A program made the translations under genes and the position numbers. From Deltaproteobacteria bacterium (GTDB lineage Bacteria; Desulfobacterota; Syntrophia; Syntrophales; Smithellaceae), in the NCBI GenBank assembly GCA_037133255.1, contig JBAXON010000001.1, positions 1 to 39,285 of the forward strand: 39,285 bases of DNA. Direction: 5' to 3'. The notes beneath the pieces are model-generated. The model did not search any database. It had not been told where the DNA came from and saw only the letters and a program-made list of their open reading frames with translations. The first letter of the stretch is position 1, and every line of letters begins with the position of its first letter. Below are positions 19,387-28,871 of the stretch, piece by piece.

Positions 19387-20688
19387 ATGAAAATTATTCG
19401 AGCCGATGACGCCGGTTTTGCCGAATTTTTCCATAAGTTACGCCTCAGAGGCGGAGGTTTTAGCGCGGAACTTTTAGCAACTGTCGCGGATATTATTTCT
19501 GAAGTTGCCACTAAAGGCGATGAAGCACTCTTTGATTATACGGCTAAATTCGATGGACATCAATTGGTGGCGACTACGGTGGAAGTCACAGACAAAGAGC
19601 GAGAAGAGTCTCTGGCACTTGTTGCACCTGTTGATTTAGAAGTGATAAAACTTGCGGCCCGGCGTATCGAAGATTATCATCGCCACCAGATTACACAAGG
19701 CTATATGGTTAGCAGTGAAGCCGGTGTGGAGTTGGGGCAGATTGTATTGCCCTTGCAGCGCGTGGGAATTTACGCGCCCGGCGGAAAGGCTTTTTATCCC
19801 TCGACATTGCTGATGGCGGCAATTCCGGCACGCATTGCCGGGGTGGAAGAGATAATTGTGGTCAGCCCTTCCAAAGACGGCAGGTTAAATCCGCTCATCG
19901 CGGCGGCGGCCGAAGTATGCGGCGTGCGGCGGATATTTAAAATCGGCGGCGCGCAGGCGATTGCCGCTCTGGCTTATGGAACAAAAAGCATTCCCCGCGT
20001 GGATAAAATTGTAGGCCCCGGTAACGCCTACGTAGCCGCGGCTAAAAAACTTGTTTTCGGGCAGGTGGCTATAGATATGATTGCCGGCCCCAGTGAAGTT
20101 GTCATCATCGCCGATAAAACAGCCAACGCGTCTTTTGTGGCGGCAGATATGCTGGCACAGGCCGAGCACGATGAAATGGCGGCAGCAGTCCTTTTGACAC
20201 CGCTTGCGGAAATGGCTCGCGATGTATCAATGCAAATTGATCGCCAGCTCAAGACCCTACCAAGAAAGAAAATAATGGAGGAATCCTTAGGTAATTATGG
20301 CGCGATTATCATTACCGAAGACATTGCTCAAGCCGTAGAGCTTGCCAACCAATTCGCGCCGGAGCATCTGGAGTTGATGATGGAAAACCCGTCGGAAATC
20401 CTGAAGCAGGTCAGGCGTGCCGGGTCAGTATTCCTGGGTTCGTTCACACCGGAGGCATTGGGAGATTATATCGCGGGCGCAAACCACATTTTACCGACAC
20501 AGGGAACTGCCCGGTTTTCATCGCCGCTGGGAGTTTATGATTTTTACAAACGCATGAGTGTTCTTTCATTTTCTGAGGAAGCATTCGGCAAGCTTTCCCA
20601 GCAAACAGCACATTTTGCAAAAATCGAAGGCCTTGAAGCCCACGCCAATTCAGTCATCGTGCGCAGCAATTCTGTCAAGGATGGATAA
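19387..20688 (+). CDS. hisD: histidinol dehydrogenase
   Basis: 433 aa. Motifs IDMIAGPSEV and QAEHDE, and length, are typical of HisD. Confidence 0.95.
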   Translation: MKIIRADDAGFAEFFHKLRLRGGGFSAELLATVADIISEVATKGDEALFDYTAKFDGHQLVATTVEVTDKEREESLALVAPVDLEVIKLAARRIEDYHRHQITQGYMVSSEAGVELGQIVLPLQRVGIYAPGGKAFYPSTLLMAAIPARIAGVEEIIVVSPSKDGRLNPLIAAAAEVCGVRRIFKIGGAQAIAALAYGTKSIPRVDKIVGPGNAYVAAAKKLVFGQVAIDMIAGPSEVVIIADKTANASFVAADMLAQAEHDEMAAAVLLTPLAEMARDVSMQIDRQLKTLPRKKIMEESLGNYGAIIITEDIAQAVELANQFAPEHLELMMENPSEILKQVRRAGSVFLGSFTPEALGDYIAGANHILPTQGTARFSSPLGVYDFYKRMSVLSFSEEAFGKLSQQTAHFAKIEGLEAHANSVIVRSNSVKDG

Positions 20689-20734
20689 ACAAAATGATAG
20701 TTCAGATAATAAATTTAAACTTCAGGAGGATGAT

Positions 20735-21688
20735 ATGACACAGCCTCAAAAAACCGATCGTCGGGAATTTTTAAAGAAAGGTTTATCTCTTGGCCTTGTA
20801 GCCGGAGGTGCTGTCATCTTGGGCAAACCTGATTTTATTCTTGCTAAAGAAAAACCTTTCTCGATTCCTGATCTTGTCGCCGTCAAAAATGGTGAACCCG
20901 ATGCCATGTTCAAAAAAGCCATGTCGCTCATGGGCGGTATAGGGCAGTTTGTCAAAAAAGGTCAGACAGTTGTCGTCAAACCCAACATCGGCTTCCCGCG
21001 AAAACCGGAAGTCGGCGCCACAACAAACCCGCTACTGATAAAAACTATTATTGAGAGTTGCTATCAGGCTGGGGCAAAAAAGGTATATGTCTTTGACAAT
21101 GCAGTCTCGCCAACATCTAACAACTCAAAAAACTGTTATCAACTAAGTGGCATTGAAGATGCGGCCAAATCAGCCGGGGGAATAATTATTCCAGTGGATG
21201 ATTTTAGCTATAAAGAAGTAATCATTCCCGGTGGAAAGACACTGAAAACGGCGGAGATTCACCGTCTGATCCTGGATTCCGATGTATTCATCAATGTGCC
21301 GGTATTAAAGCACCACAGTTCCACCCACCTTTCCATCGCGATGAAAAATCTGATGGGCATTGTCAAAAATCGCATGGAATATCATTTGACCGGTCTGGAT
21401 CAGTGCATTGCGGATTTCTGTCTGTATAAAAAGCCTGACCTTAATATTGTTGATGCCTATCGGGTGTTGATGAGTCATGGTCCGGCAGGGCCGCGCGACG
21501 GGGCCGCGCCCAATGTCGAGCTGAAAAAAACATTGCTTATGTCGCGAGATATAGTAGCTGTGGATGCGGCAGCAACTAAAATTTTTGGCAAAAATCCTGA
21601 GGATATAGAATACATAAAAACCGGGCATCAGCAAAAAACAGGTAACATGAATTTGAAAGAGCTAAAAATTGTTACCTATTCCATGTAG
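20735..21688 (+). CDS. Tat-exported DUF362-domain protein
   Basis: I chose the ATG at 20735, which has SD AGGAGGA upstream. Twin-arginine signal DRREFLKKGLSLGLVAGGAV. DUF362-like VVVKPNIGF. The ORF-track start at 20558 lies inside hisD. Confidence 0.75.
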   Translation: MTQPQKTDRREFLKKGLSLGLVAGGAVILGKPDFILAKEKPFSIPDLVAVKNGEPDAMFKKAMSLMGGIGQFVKKGQTVVVKPNIGFPRKPEVGATTNPLLIKTIIESCYQAGAKKVYVFDNAVSPTSNNSKNCYQLSGIEDAAKSAGGIIIPVDDFSYKEVIIPGGKTLKTAEIHRLILDSDVFINVPVLKHHSSTHLSIAMKNLMGIVKNRMEYHLTGLDQCIADFCLYKKPDLNIVDAYRVLMSHGPAGPRDGAAPNVELKKTLLMSRDIVAVDAAATKIFGKNPEDIEYIKTGHQQKTGNMNLKELKIVTYSM

Positions 21689-21700
21689 AGGGAAAGCAAA

Positions 21701-23236
21701 TTGAATTTTCGCCAATTTCGCATTGCATTTTCCCTGCTCAACTTCACATTATTTTTAGTTTTATTTTTAGGCGGGGAAAAACTATCGGAGTTCCTCGGTC
21801 TCATATTGCTGCCTTTTCAATTTGTTCCCGCGTTGATCAGGATTTTAACAAATCCCTCTGTCCTGTTCATTTTCGGCCTTGTTTCAGTTTTTGTGATTAC
21901 TTTGATTTTCGGCAGGGTTTATTGCTCCTTTATTTGTCCGCTGGGTTCCCTTCAGGATAGTTTCATTGCTCTGTCGCGTAAGGTCGGCTGGAGAAAAAAA
22001 CATTCTTATCAAAAACCGCGCAACCTGTTGCGCTATTTGATTTTGGGTTTAGTTACTGTTCCCGCGGCCCTCGGTTCAATGTCGCTTCTCAATCTGCTTG
22101 ACCCTTTTTCTCTTACCGGCAGAATGATAACACAATTTATCCAGCCCCTTTTTGTTCAAATCTACAATACCGCGGTAAGCTTACTTACCAATTTTAATAT
22201 TTATCGCTTTTCTCAAGAGACAGCTTCGATACCGCTATCTGTCCTGCTTGTGACTTGCGGATTTTTTCTATTGATTTTGATTCTGTCCGCAAGATACGGC
22301 CGCCTTTACTGTAATACACTTTGCCCAGTAGGAACGCTGCTGGGTTTAATATCGCGCGTATCCGTTTTTAAATTTGTCATTGACCGGACCCGCTGCCATG
22401 AATGCGTCCGATGCGCAGGAGTTTGCAAGGCCGGCTGTATTGACCCGCGAACAGCCACAATTGACCAAAGCAGATGCGTTAATTGCTTTAACTGTCTTGA
22501 TGCCTGCCCAAAGTCCGGTGTCAGCTATCGTCTGTCCCGGGGCAAGGCAGAAGACGGAGCATGGTCACCTGCGCGCAGAGGATTTCTCATCGGCGCTGGT
22601 GCTACTACTGCTTCAGGATTGATTATGTTCAGCCCCGGCGTCCGCAGTCTTTTCGGAACTGTTGGGGCTTCCCAAAGCCCGCCCATTACTCCACCCGGCT
22701 CGGTGAGCGTGGAACATTTTACGCAGTCCTGCAGCGCCTGCCATCTGTGTGTCAGCGTCTGTCCGACAAAAGTCATTACTCCCTCTTTTTTAGAATACGG
22801 TGTCGGGGGGTTGCTTCAGCCGAAGATGAACTATGCAAAAAGTTTTTGCGATTATGAATGCGTCCTGTGCTGCAGGGTTTGTCCCACAGGCGCCATATTG
22901 CCACTGACACTTGCGGAGAAGAAATTAACTCAAATAGGAACTGTTGATTTATTAAAAGAAAAATGTGTGGTTTACGTGGACAAAAAAAATTGCGGCGCTT
23001 GTGGCGAAGTCTGCCCGACTCACTCCATCAGCTTTACAGATAAGGGTAATGTCCTCTACCCAGAAGTAGATACTAATTACTGCATCGGCTGCGGGGCATG
23101 CGAAAAATCATGTCCAACGGCGCCTAAATCCATCGTTGTGCGAGCAAACCCTGTGCACAAAAAAGTGTCAAAATATATAGCAAAACCCTCACCTGTTTTG
23201 CAAAAGAAGTCACCGGATGATGATTTTCCTTTTTAG
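21701..23236 (+). CDS. membrane-anchored polyferredoxin (NapH/MauN-like 4Fe-4S protein)
   Basis: The N-terminal TM region carries CSFICPLGSLQD and CNTLCPVGTLLG. Six CxxCxxCxxxCP-type clusters follow, for example CSACHLCVSVCP, CGACGEVCP and CIGCGACEKSCP. TTG start with SD GAGGGA. Confidence 0.85.
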   Translation: MNFRQFRIAFSLLNFTLFLVLFLGGEKLSEFLGLILLPFQFVPALIRILTNPSVLFIFGLVSVFVITLIFGRVYCSFICPLGSLQDSFIALSRKVGWRKKHSYQKPRNLLRYLILGLVTVPAALGSMSLLNLLDPFSLTGRMITQFIQPLFVQIYNTAVSLLTNFNIYRFSQETASIPLSVLLVTCGFFLLILILSARYGRLYCNTLCPVGTLLGLISRVSVFKFVIDRTRCHECVRCAGVCKAGCIDPRTATIDQSRCVNCFNCLDACPKSGVSYRLSRGKAEDGAWSPARRGFLIGAGATTASGLIMFSPGVRSLFGTVGASQSPPITPPGSVSVEHFTQSCSACHLCVSVCPTKVITPSFLEYGVGGLLQPKMNYAKSFCDYECVLCCRVCPTGAILPLTLAEKKLTQIGTVDLLKEKCVVYVDKKNCGACGEVCPTHSISFTDKGNVLYPEVDTNYCIGCGACEKSCPTAPKSIVVRANPVHKKVSKYIAKPSPVLQKKSPDDDFPF

Positions 23237-23325
23237 TTAAATTTATGTTACATTACCCGATATAATTGTGATAGATCAATTGTATCAGGGTAAAATATTG
23301 GCGAAAATTTAGTTTCGGAGGGCTA

Positions 23326-24366
23326 ATGAAAAAATTTACAGAATTATTCGTATTTCTACTATTTGCTTTTCTCTTACTTTGCACAGTAGCCTTTGCCGAG
23401 CCGAAATCATTTGTCAGCGAGGGTAAATATGTACTTGGGTGTCTTGATTCTCAAAAAGACGCGAAAGCTTTGGGGGCAATAGATGCAAAGAAACAAGCAG
23501 TTGATGAGGCTATTAAATATCTCGAGGGATTGCCGGATGTTAAGGCCGCTAAATTAACCAAAGATCAGGTACGCACGCTTGCAACCCTTATGGTGTCTGT
23601 GGAAGTCTTAAGCGAAGATTGGAAGAAATCAGGGGAAATCTCATCGGTTATAATTCAGATCCGCTCGACCTTGGACGCATCCAACATAAAAGATAAGATA
23701 GCTAAAATGCGGGAAGATGATCAAACTGAAACTATTAAAGAAATGCAAAGCCAGCTGGCATCAATGCAAAAGGAGCTTGCCGAATTACAAGTAAAACAGC
23801 AACAGCAAATAACTTTGCAGAAAAAAAATCCTGCTCAAATGGAAGTTCCAGACATTAAGAAGTCCATCAGCAATGAGCAGAAGCAAAAATATGAAAAAGT
23901 TCTGAAGAATGTTTTTGCGCTAGACTACCTGGACAAAGGCTTTATGGCGTTGGCAGATCAGCGCTGGAACGATGCGCAAAATGTATTTGGCAAAGCTATT
24001 GAGCTAAATCCCTCACTCGCTGATGCACATACCGGCATGTCCTACACACTCTACAATTTAAAACAACCACAAAAAGCGCTTGCGTTTGTAAATACCGCTT
24101 TGAAGATAAATGAGCGATCGGCCAGAAGTCTCGGCATCAAGGCGCTCATTTTAAAGGATCAACCCGGTAAAATCAGTCAGGCTTTGGCAAGCGCCAATAA
24201 CGCTGTCAAAATTAAATCTGATAACTCCAGATTATACAGGATTCGCGGAGAAATTTACGCAAAAATGGGGAAACCGATATTGGCCCGAAAAGATTTTGCC
24301 GCCGCTTGTAAAATGGGAGCTAACGAATCTTGTAAAAAAATAAAAACATTACGACAAAAATCATAA
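23326..24366 (+). CDS. secreted protein with coiled-coil and C-terminal TPR repeats
   Basis: Signal peptide ...CTVAFA/EP. Gln/Lys-rich coiled coil. TPR-like repeats (WNDAQNVFGKAIELNPSLADAH...). SD GGAGGG. Confidence 0.75.
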   Translation: MKKFTELFVFLLFAFLLLCTVAFAEPKSFVSEGKYVLGCLDSQKDAKALGAIDAKKQAVDEAIKYLEGLPDVKAAKLTKDQVRTLATLMVSVEVLSEDWKKSGEISSVIIQIRSTLDASNIKDKIAKMREDDQTETIKEMQSQLASMQKELAELQVKQQQQITLQKKNPAQMEVPDIKKSISNEQKQKYEKVLKNVFALDYLDKGFMALADQRWNDAQNVFGKAIELNPSLADAHTGMSYTLYNLKQPQKALAFVNTALKINERSARSLGIKALILKDQPGKISQALASANNAVKIKSDNSRLYRIRGEIYAKMGKPILARKDFAAACKMGANESCKKIKTLRQKS

Positions 24367-24394
24367 ATCCGGGAAAGCATAAGCTCTAAGCAGA

Positions 24395-26020
24395 TTAGTT
24401 GATTTTGGGAACAGTAGGAGCCGGTGGTTCTGAAACAGCAGGTTCAGGAGCTTTAGCAGGTTGATCTGGCGCAGGTTCAGGTGGTTTAACAGACGCCGCA
24501 GGCGCAGACTCAGGAGATTTAACAGGTTCAGGCGTAAGTTCTGGAGCTTTCACTGGCTGTGACGGATCAATAATCTTCCCCCCAAGATTTACTAGTAATC
24601 TCTGGAATTCAGGATTCGCGTAAAGGAGCCGACCGGCAACTTCACGCAGTTTGTCCACTTGTTCCACCGGCAGTTCCAGTGCGGTTGGAATATCCAGAAA
24701 ATATTCCTGCTCCGCCTTGTCCGGTAATCTATGAAACGTAACATGGATAATGAAAAATTCGATTGGTTTTTTACCCTGCGCCTCGTCTTCATAAGTCCAC
24801 TCCTGAGCATAGCGATGCATGAGTTCAATAGTTTCAAAATTAAATTTATTGACCATAATCCCGGAAGAAGCGCCCAGGGTTAAAGTTAAGCCGGGGATTT
24901 TTCCATATAGCCCCCACTGTTTTTGTTCCTTGGTTTGGGCATCAACAATGATAATTGCCACCTTCCTTGTATTTGCCAGCCCCATCTCTTTTAAGACATC
25001 ACGAACATGGCCGCGTGATATGATAGATTCCAGTGGTCCCCGGATGCCCAGATTATCCGCCACTCCTCCGTCAATAAGATATACATAAGGCTTTTCTTCA
25101 GTATTGAGAAATTTGGTCATCTCCACAGCATTGAAATAAGACCGGTCCGCAAAATCTCGTTTTTCCAGAGATTTGGTAACCCACTCAGGTACAGGGTAAT
25201 TGCACTGCCCGGCATAATTTTTCAGGACAATGGGCGATAATGGACCGGGAAAAGCAGCCGAAGCGGCAACAGCTCTGGCAACAGGAAAATCTGCGTAATT
25301 CGAACACATCATGTAGAACATGTGCGGAGTGAAACTAAAAATGACGCCGTCCATTGCGTCGGTGGCCTGGATGATTATGTTGGGATTGCCGTCTTTCAGG
25401 AAATCTCCCATTTTCGCGCCTTTAAAAACAACTTCATCATAATATTCCTGGGCCATATCGCTTCTGCCGAAGCGGGGAGACATTAATCGAAACCAGAAAT
25501 TGAATGGATTCACAAAATTCCACAAAAGAGCGGTTTGATGATTTTTTATGAGAAAATCTTCCCGATAACTTTTGAAGATGTTTTTTCCATGCAGCCCGTA
25601 GTAAGAAGCGGTGAAGCTTCCTCCCGACACGCTGGAAATAATATCGACTTCGTCCAGAAGGGTATGTTTTTTGTCACTGGGCGACGCGTCTTTTTCGATT
25701 GCCTGCACCGGAACCTCAATTCGTTCCAGGGCTTCCAGTATCCCATAAGACATTGCCGCCGCCCGTGTTCCGCCGCCGGAAAAGGCCAGCAGCATAAGCA
25801 TCGGGTCCGAACGCTGCATAGATGACAATTTACCTTTTTCAGCCTCAGGCACAGCTGCCTGCCGAATAACGGCTGTTTTTGGATTCAAGGGATATTGCGA
25901 CGCGCACGAAATTAGCATCAGCAGAATTGGCAAAATAAGGATTAAGCGGATAACCATCTTAAAATACCCAACTCGTATAATCTGTTTATTGCGATAATTT
26001 TTCATATTCATGGTTAACAT
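24395..26020 (-). CDS. patatin-like phospholipase lipoprotein with Pro-rich C-terminal tail
   Basis: Lipobox LLMLISC. Oxyanion motif GGGTRAAA. Nucleophile elbow GGS (VSGGS). Catalytic Asp motif DGGVADNLG. The tail is PEP/PAP-rich. The exact start is uncertain because several ATGs lack an SD. Confidence 0.85.
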   Translation of the reverse strand: MLTMNMKNYRNKQIIRVGYFKMVIRLILILPILLMLISCASQYPLNPKTAVIRQAAVPEAEKGKLSSMQRSDPMLMLLAFSGGGTRAAAMSYGILEALERIEVPVQAIEKDASPSDKKHTLLDEVDIISSVSGGSFTASYYGLHGKNIFKSYREDFLIKNHQTALLWNFVNPFNFWFRLMSPRFGRSDMAQEYYDEVVFKGAKMGDFLKDGNPNIIIQATDAMDGVIFSFTPHMFYMMCSNYADFPVARAVAASAAFPGPLSPIVLKNYAGQCNYPVPEWVTKSLEKRDFADRSYFNAVEMTKFLNTEEKPYVYLIDGGVADNLGIRGPLESIISRGHVRDVLKEMGLANTRKVAIIIVDAQTKEQKQWGLYGKIPGLTLTLGASSGIMVNKFNFETIELMHRYAQEWTYEDEAQGKKPIEFFIIHVTFHRLPDKAEQEYFLDIPTALELPVEQVDKLREVAGRLLYANPEFQRLLVNLGGKIIDPSQPVKAPELTPEPVKSPESAPAASVKPPEPAPDQPAKAPEPAVSEPPAPTVPKIN

Positions 26021-26112
26021 CTACTTTATATAGTATTTAACAGTCAAGAATAAATTTCGGCAGAAAATTCAGTACTATATTCGCATCAGGAAGTTTGAAG
26101 TATTAATAATCT

Positions 26113-26129
26113 TGTGTTATGATTACACA
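26113..26129. promoter_or_regulatory. 17-bp imperfect palindrome upstream of the mlaE-like gene
   Basis: TGTGTTATGATTACACA lies 24 nt upstream of the ATG at 26153. It could be a dimeric regulator site. I recognise no known motif. Confidence 0.25.
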
Positions 26130-26152
26130 TCTCATTTTTAGAAACTGGATTT

Positions 26153-26935
26153 ATGTCTATGTTATCAAAAATTGGACATTTTCAAGCTGATTTATTAAAG
26201 TCTTTAACTGAAATATTTTTCTTCTCGGGTAAAGTCTTTCTCCGGATATTTCGGCTAAAAACTTACAGCAGCGCTACGCGTTCAGTTCTTGTCAATCAAA
26301 TATATTTTACTTCTGTCCAAATTTTGCCTGTCTTTATAGCAGTTTCGATACTTTTTGGCTCTTTGCTTATCGGCATTGTTTTTCAGACGCTGAAGGGACT
26401 GGGTATAAGCGATCTTTTCGGCAATGTCCTGATGGGCTTAATTGTTACCGATCTTTCTCCTTTCTTTACAGTATTATTGATAACTCTACGCTCCGGTGCC
26501 GCAATCAATACCGAAATCGCCGTGATGAAGGTGACAGGTGAAATAACAACCCTGGAAACATTCCACATTGATGTTATTGATTACTTACTGGTACCGCGTG
26601 TAATTAATGGTGTTGTGTCTTTAGTGCTGTTGAGCAGTCTTTTTTCTATTGTCCTGATGTTTAGCGGCATTATATTTTCCAAAATTATTTTTGGGATGAG
26701 TATTGATGTATATACAAATATTCTATTAAGCTCTGCTAATTTTTCTGATATAGTCATGGCCTTGGTTAAGTGCGCTATTTTCGGTTTTTTTATTACGTTA
26801 ATTCCGATTCATTCGGGATTACGGGCGTCAAATGAGTTTACCAGCATCCCTGTTGCCGTTTCCGATGGTATGGTAAAAGTATTTACTGCAATTATGATTA
26901 TTGAGGTGCTGTCATTAATAGCAAAGTCATTCTAA
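26153..26935 (+). CDS. mlaE: MlaE-family ABC permease
   Basis: 260 aa. The segment DLSPFFTVLLITLRSGAAINTEIAVMKVTGEITTLETFHIDVIDYLLVPRV aligns with the MlaE core (RELgPv..GRsGsa.tAEiGtMkvtEEidAL). Confidence 0.85.
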   Translation: MSMLSKIGHFQADLLKSLTEIFFFSGKVFLRIFRLKTYSSATRSVLVNQIYFTSVQILPVFIAVSILFGSLLIGIVFQTLKGLGISDLFGNVLMGLIVTDLSPFFTVLLITLRSGAAINTEIAVMKVTGEITTLETFHIDVIDYLLVPRVINGVVSLVLLSSLFSIVLMFSGIIFSKIIFGMSIDVYTNILLSSANFSDIVMALVKCAIFGFFITLIPIHSGLRASNEFTSIPVAVSDGMVKVFTAIMIIEVLSLIAKSF

Positions 26936-27018
26936 CCTTTTTTGATAGTGAAGACTCCCTTAATGATAGCCTTCGAGATTTTATTGTATCTCAGGGCGTT
27001 TCGGCAGCGCCTGTTTCT

Positions 27019-27393
27019 GTGGATGTACCACTTATTTCCAATCAAGAGGTATGGATGAACATATCTTTGATCAAGCAATATCACGAAAATATGCCCATGA
27101 CCATGGCACAGCAAGCGGCCTTTACAGCATTGCATCGTCTTGGTTTAGAGCATATAGCTTATAAGAGAAGTCCCTCTCTAAATGATGAGGAGCGCTTTTG
27201 CGTCATGCTACTGCGTGCCGTAATGGTGCGTGAGGCAATCGTAATTATTGACCGCCCTTTCAGGATTATTCCAAAGCTTAGTAAAATTAATTTTTTTATG
27301 GATACATTAAAAAAAATTGAAGATTTGTATAAAAGCTGTCATATATATGATTATAAATGGATGTCGGAAAGATACGGGGATTTAAGTCAATGA
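27019..27393 (+). CDS. degenerate ABC ATPase remnant (no Walker A; altered signature and Walker B)
   Basis: SPSLNDEERFCVMLLRAVMVREAIVIIDRPF stands where LSGG...ARAL...ILLDEP is expected. An in-frame stop at 26902-26904 limits any N-terminal extension. Its TGA overlaps the mlaD ATG as ATGA. Confidence 0.6.
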   Translation: MDVPLISNQEVWMNISLIKQYHENMPMTMAQQAAFTALHRLGLEHIAYKRSPSLNDEERFCVMLLRAVMVREAIVIIDRPFRIIPKLSKINFFMDTLKKIEDLYKSCHIYDYKWMSERYGDLSQ

Positions 27394-28193
27394 GGCGTGA
27401 ATTTAAAGTAGGTCTATTTATAGTTCTTACGACAATTGTAATTATATTGTCCTTGCTGTATTTAGCCTATGAAAAAGGCTACTTCGAAAAAGTTTTTACA
27501 TTTACCCTCTCATCCAAATCCGGCGATGGTTTTACAGAAGGCATGCCGGTTGTCTTTTCCGGGTTTAGCATTGGGAAAGTTCAGAATTTGGAACTCAATG
27601 ACAAAGGCATTGTCCTGATAAGCATAAAGATTCCTGAGCGCCACGTCAAGTGGATTAAAAAGGACAGCAGTTTTATTCTTTACCGTCCCCTGATCGGCGC
27701 TTCCCGCATTATAGTAACAACGACAAATTTATTGAGTCCGCAACTTCCAGATAATAAAATCCCTGAAGTGGAAACAGTCAATGATATTAATGATGTGATT
27801 ACGCAAGTCCCCCCGCTTATTGAAAAAATAACCGTGATTGCCGCTAATCTGGAAACTCTTTCCCAAAACTTGGCCGATCCTAAAGGTGATTTAAATCGTA
27901 GCTTGAACAACGTTGCAAAAATTACAGCTAACCTCGATACTCAACTTTTGGGTAAAGACGGTACTCTTCCGCAAATCAATATTGTTCTCAAAGACATTAT
28001 TGCCAAGCTCGAAAAGCTTAATACTACCGTAGATAATATAAATAAAATCAGCCAGGAAGCCTCGGAGGGGATGAAAGATCTCAGCACCTTGCGCTCCGAT
28101 ATTGATGATACAGTTAATTCCATTGACGATATCGTCAGTAAACTCGACGAGCTTATTTCGTCGAAGAAAGATCCGGTCTTCAAAAAGCCATGA
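27390..28193 (+). CDS. mlaD: MlaD/MCE-domain protein
   Basis: N-terminal TM helix (MRREFKVGLFIVLTTIVIIL). MCE domain (GMPVVFSGFSIGKVQNLEL). Helical C-terminus. The ORF-track start at 27357 is possible but less typical. Confidence 0.85.
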   Translation: MRREFKVGLFIVLTTIVIILSLLYLAYEKGYFEKVFTFTLSSKSGDGFTEGMPVVFSGFSIGKVQNLELNDKGIVLISIKIPERHVKWIKKDSSFILYRPLIGASRIIVTTTNLLSPQLPDNKIPEVETVNDINDVITQVPPLIEKITVIAANLETLSQNLADPKGDLNRSLNNVAKITANLDTQLLGKDGTLPQINIVLKDIIAKLEKLNTTVDNINKISQEASEGMKDLSTLRSDIDDTVNSIDDIVSKLDELISSKKDPVFKKP

Positions 28194-28849
28194 GAAAATT
28201 ACCGGTCATTATAATACTTTTTCTGATTTGTGCCTGTGGCTCAAATCAAATTCCTGAGTGGAAGGATACATCTTCCCGGCAACTGGAAAGTTATAAATAT
28301 TATTTTTTAACAGATAAAGAAAGCACATCTGAGCCTCATTTTGTTAAAGCCAAAAAGGCTATCGCCAGAAGTAATGATCTTGTTCTCTTGGGAACCGCCT
28401 ATTTAACCAGATACGCCCTGTATATTTCTGTCCTTGAAGATTTTGACGATACAGATTTTCTGAGGATTAACAAACTTCAACCCGACGCCAAAAACTTTTC
28501 CTACTATAATTTTATTAAAGGAAATTTTCAGATTGCTGATAATTCCTTACTGCCTGCTCATTACGGCAAACTTTTGAAACCGGCACAGGACAAAGATCTG
28601 GCAACAGCAGTCAAAGAAATCAGCAGCATTGATGATCCTCTTTCCCGTTTGGTTGCCTGTGGCGTTTGGGTAAAATATCTGCCCTATGACGACAATATTC
28701 TACAGATAGCAATAAGTACCGCGTCAGACAATGGCTGGGGGAAACCACTTTTTGCGTATTTAACCAAACTGCAACAATATTATCTGAACCATAATCAAAC
28801 GGCTAAAGCCGAGAACATAAAAGAGCGTCTGGAATTACTAAAAAAATAA
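28190..28849 (+). CDS. lipoprotein, predicted helical, unknown family
   Basis: Signal and lipobox FLICAC. ATGA overlap with mlaD, so it is part of the Mla-like operon. I saw no MlaA/VacJ or DUF330 motifs. Confidence 0.7.
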   Translation: MRKLPVIIILFLICACGSNQIPEWKDTSSRQLESYKYYFLTDKESTSEPHFVKAKKAIARSNDLVLLGTAYLTRYALYISVLEDFDDTDFLRINKLQPDAKNFSYYNFIKGNFQIADNSLLPAHYGKLLKPAQDKDLATAVKEISSIDDPLSRLVACGVWVKYLPYDDNILQIAISTASDNGWGKPLFAYLTKLQQYYLNHNQTAKAENIKERLELLKK

Positions 28850-28871
28850 TATTAAATGGGAGGAATGGACG

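Noticed and set aside
20558-20734. N-terminal extensions offered by the ORF track (also 9500-9538, 17141-17215, 29296-29367, 33253-33288, 34373-34495)
   Set aside because: - The extensions overlap upstream genes, promoters or repeats.
- Downstream ATGs, most with SD sequences, give canonical N-termini: a Tat signal, Sec signals, the PrmC MAVRDIL and the HDAC MPRKTG.
- The 34496 ATG is the exception. It has no clear SD, and I chose it only because the TTG at 34373 abuts the family-III repeat.
24395-24560. Imperfect tandem DNA repeats (CAGGTTCAGG-like units) at the 3' end of the patatin gene
   Set aside because: They are the coding image of the Pro-rich PEP/PAP tail. They are in frame and lack CRISPR-like unique spacers. 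This is not an independent repeat element.
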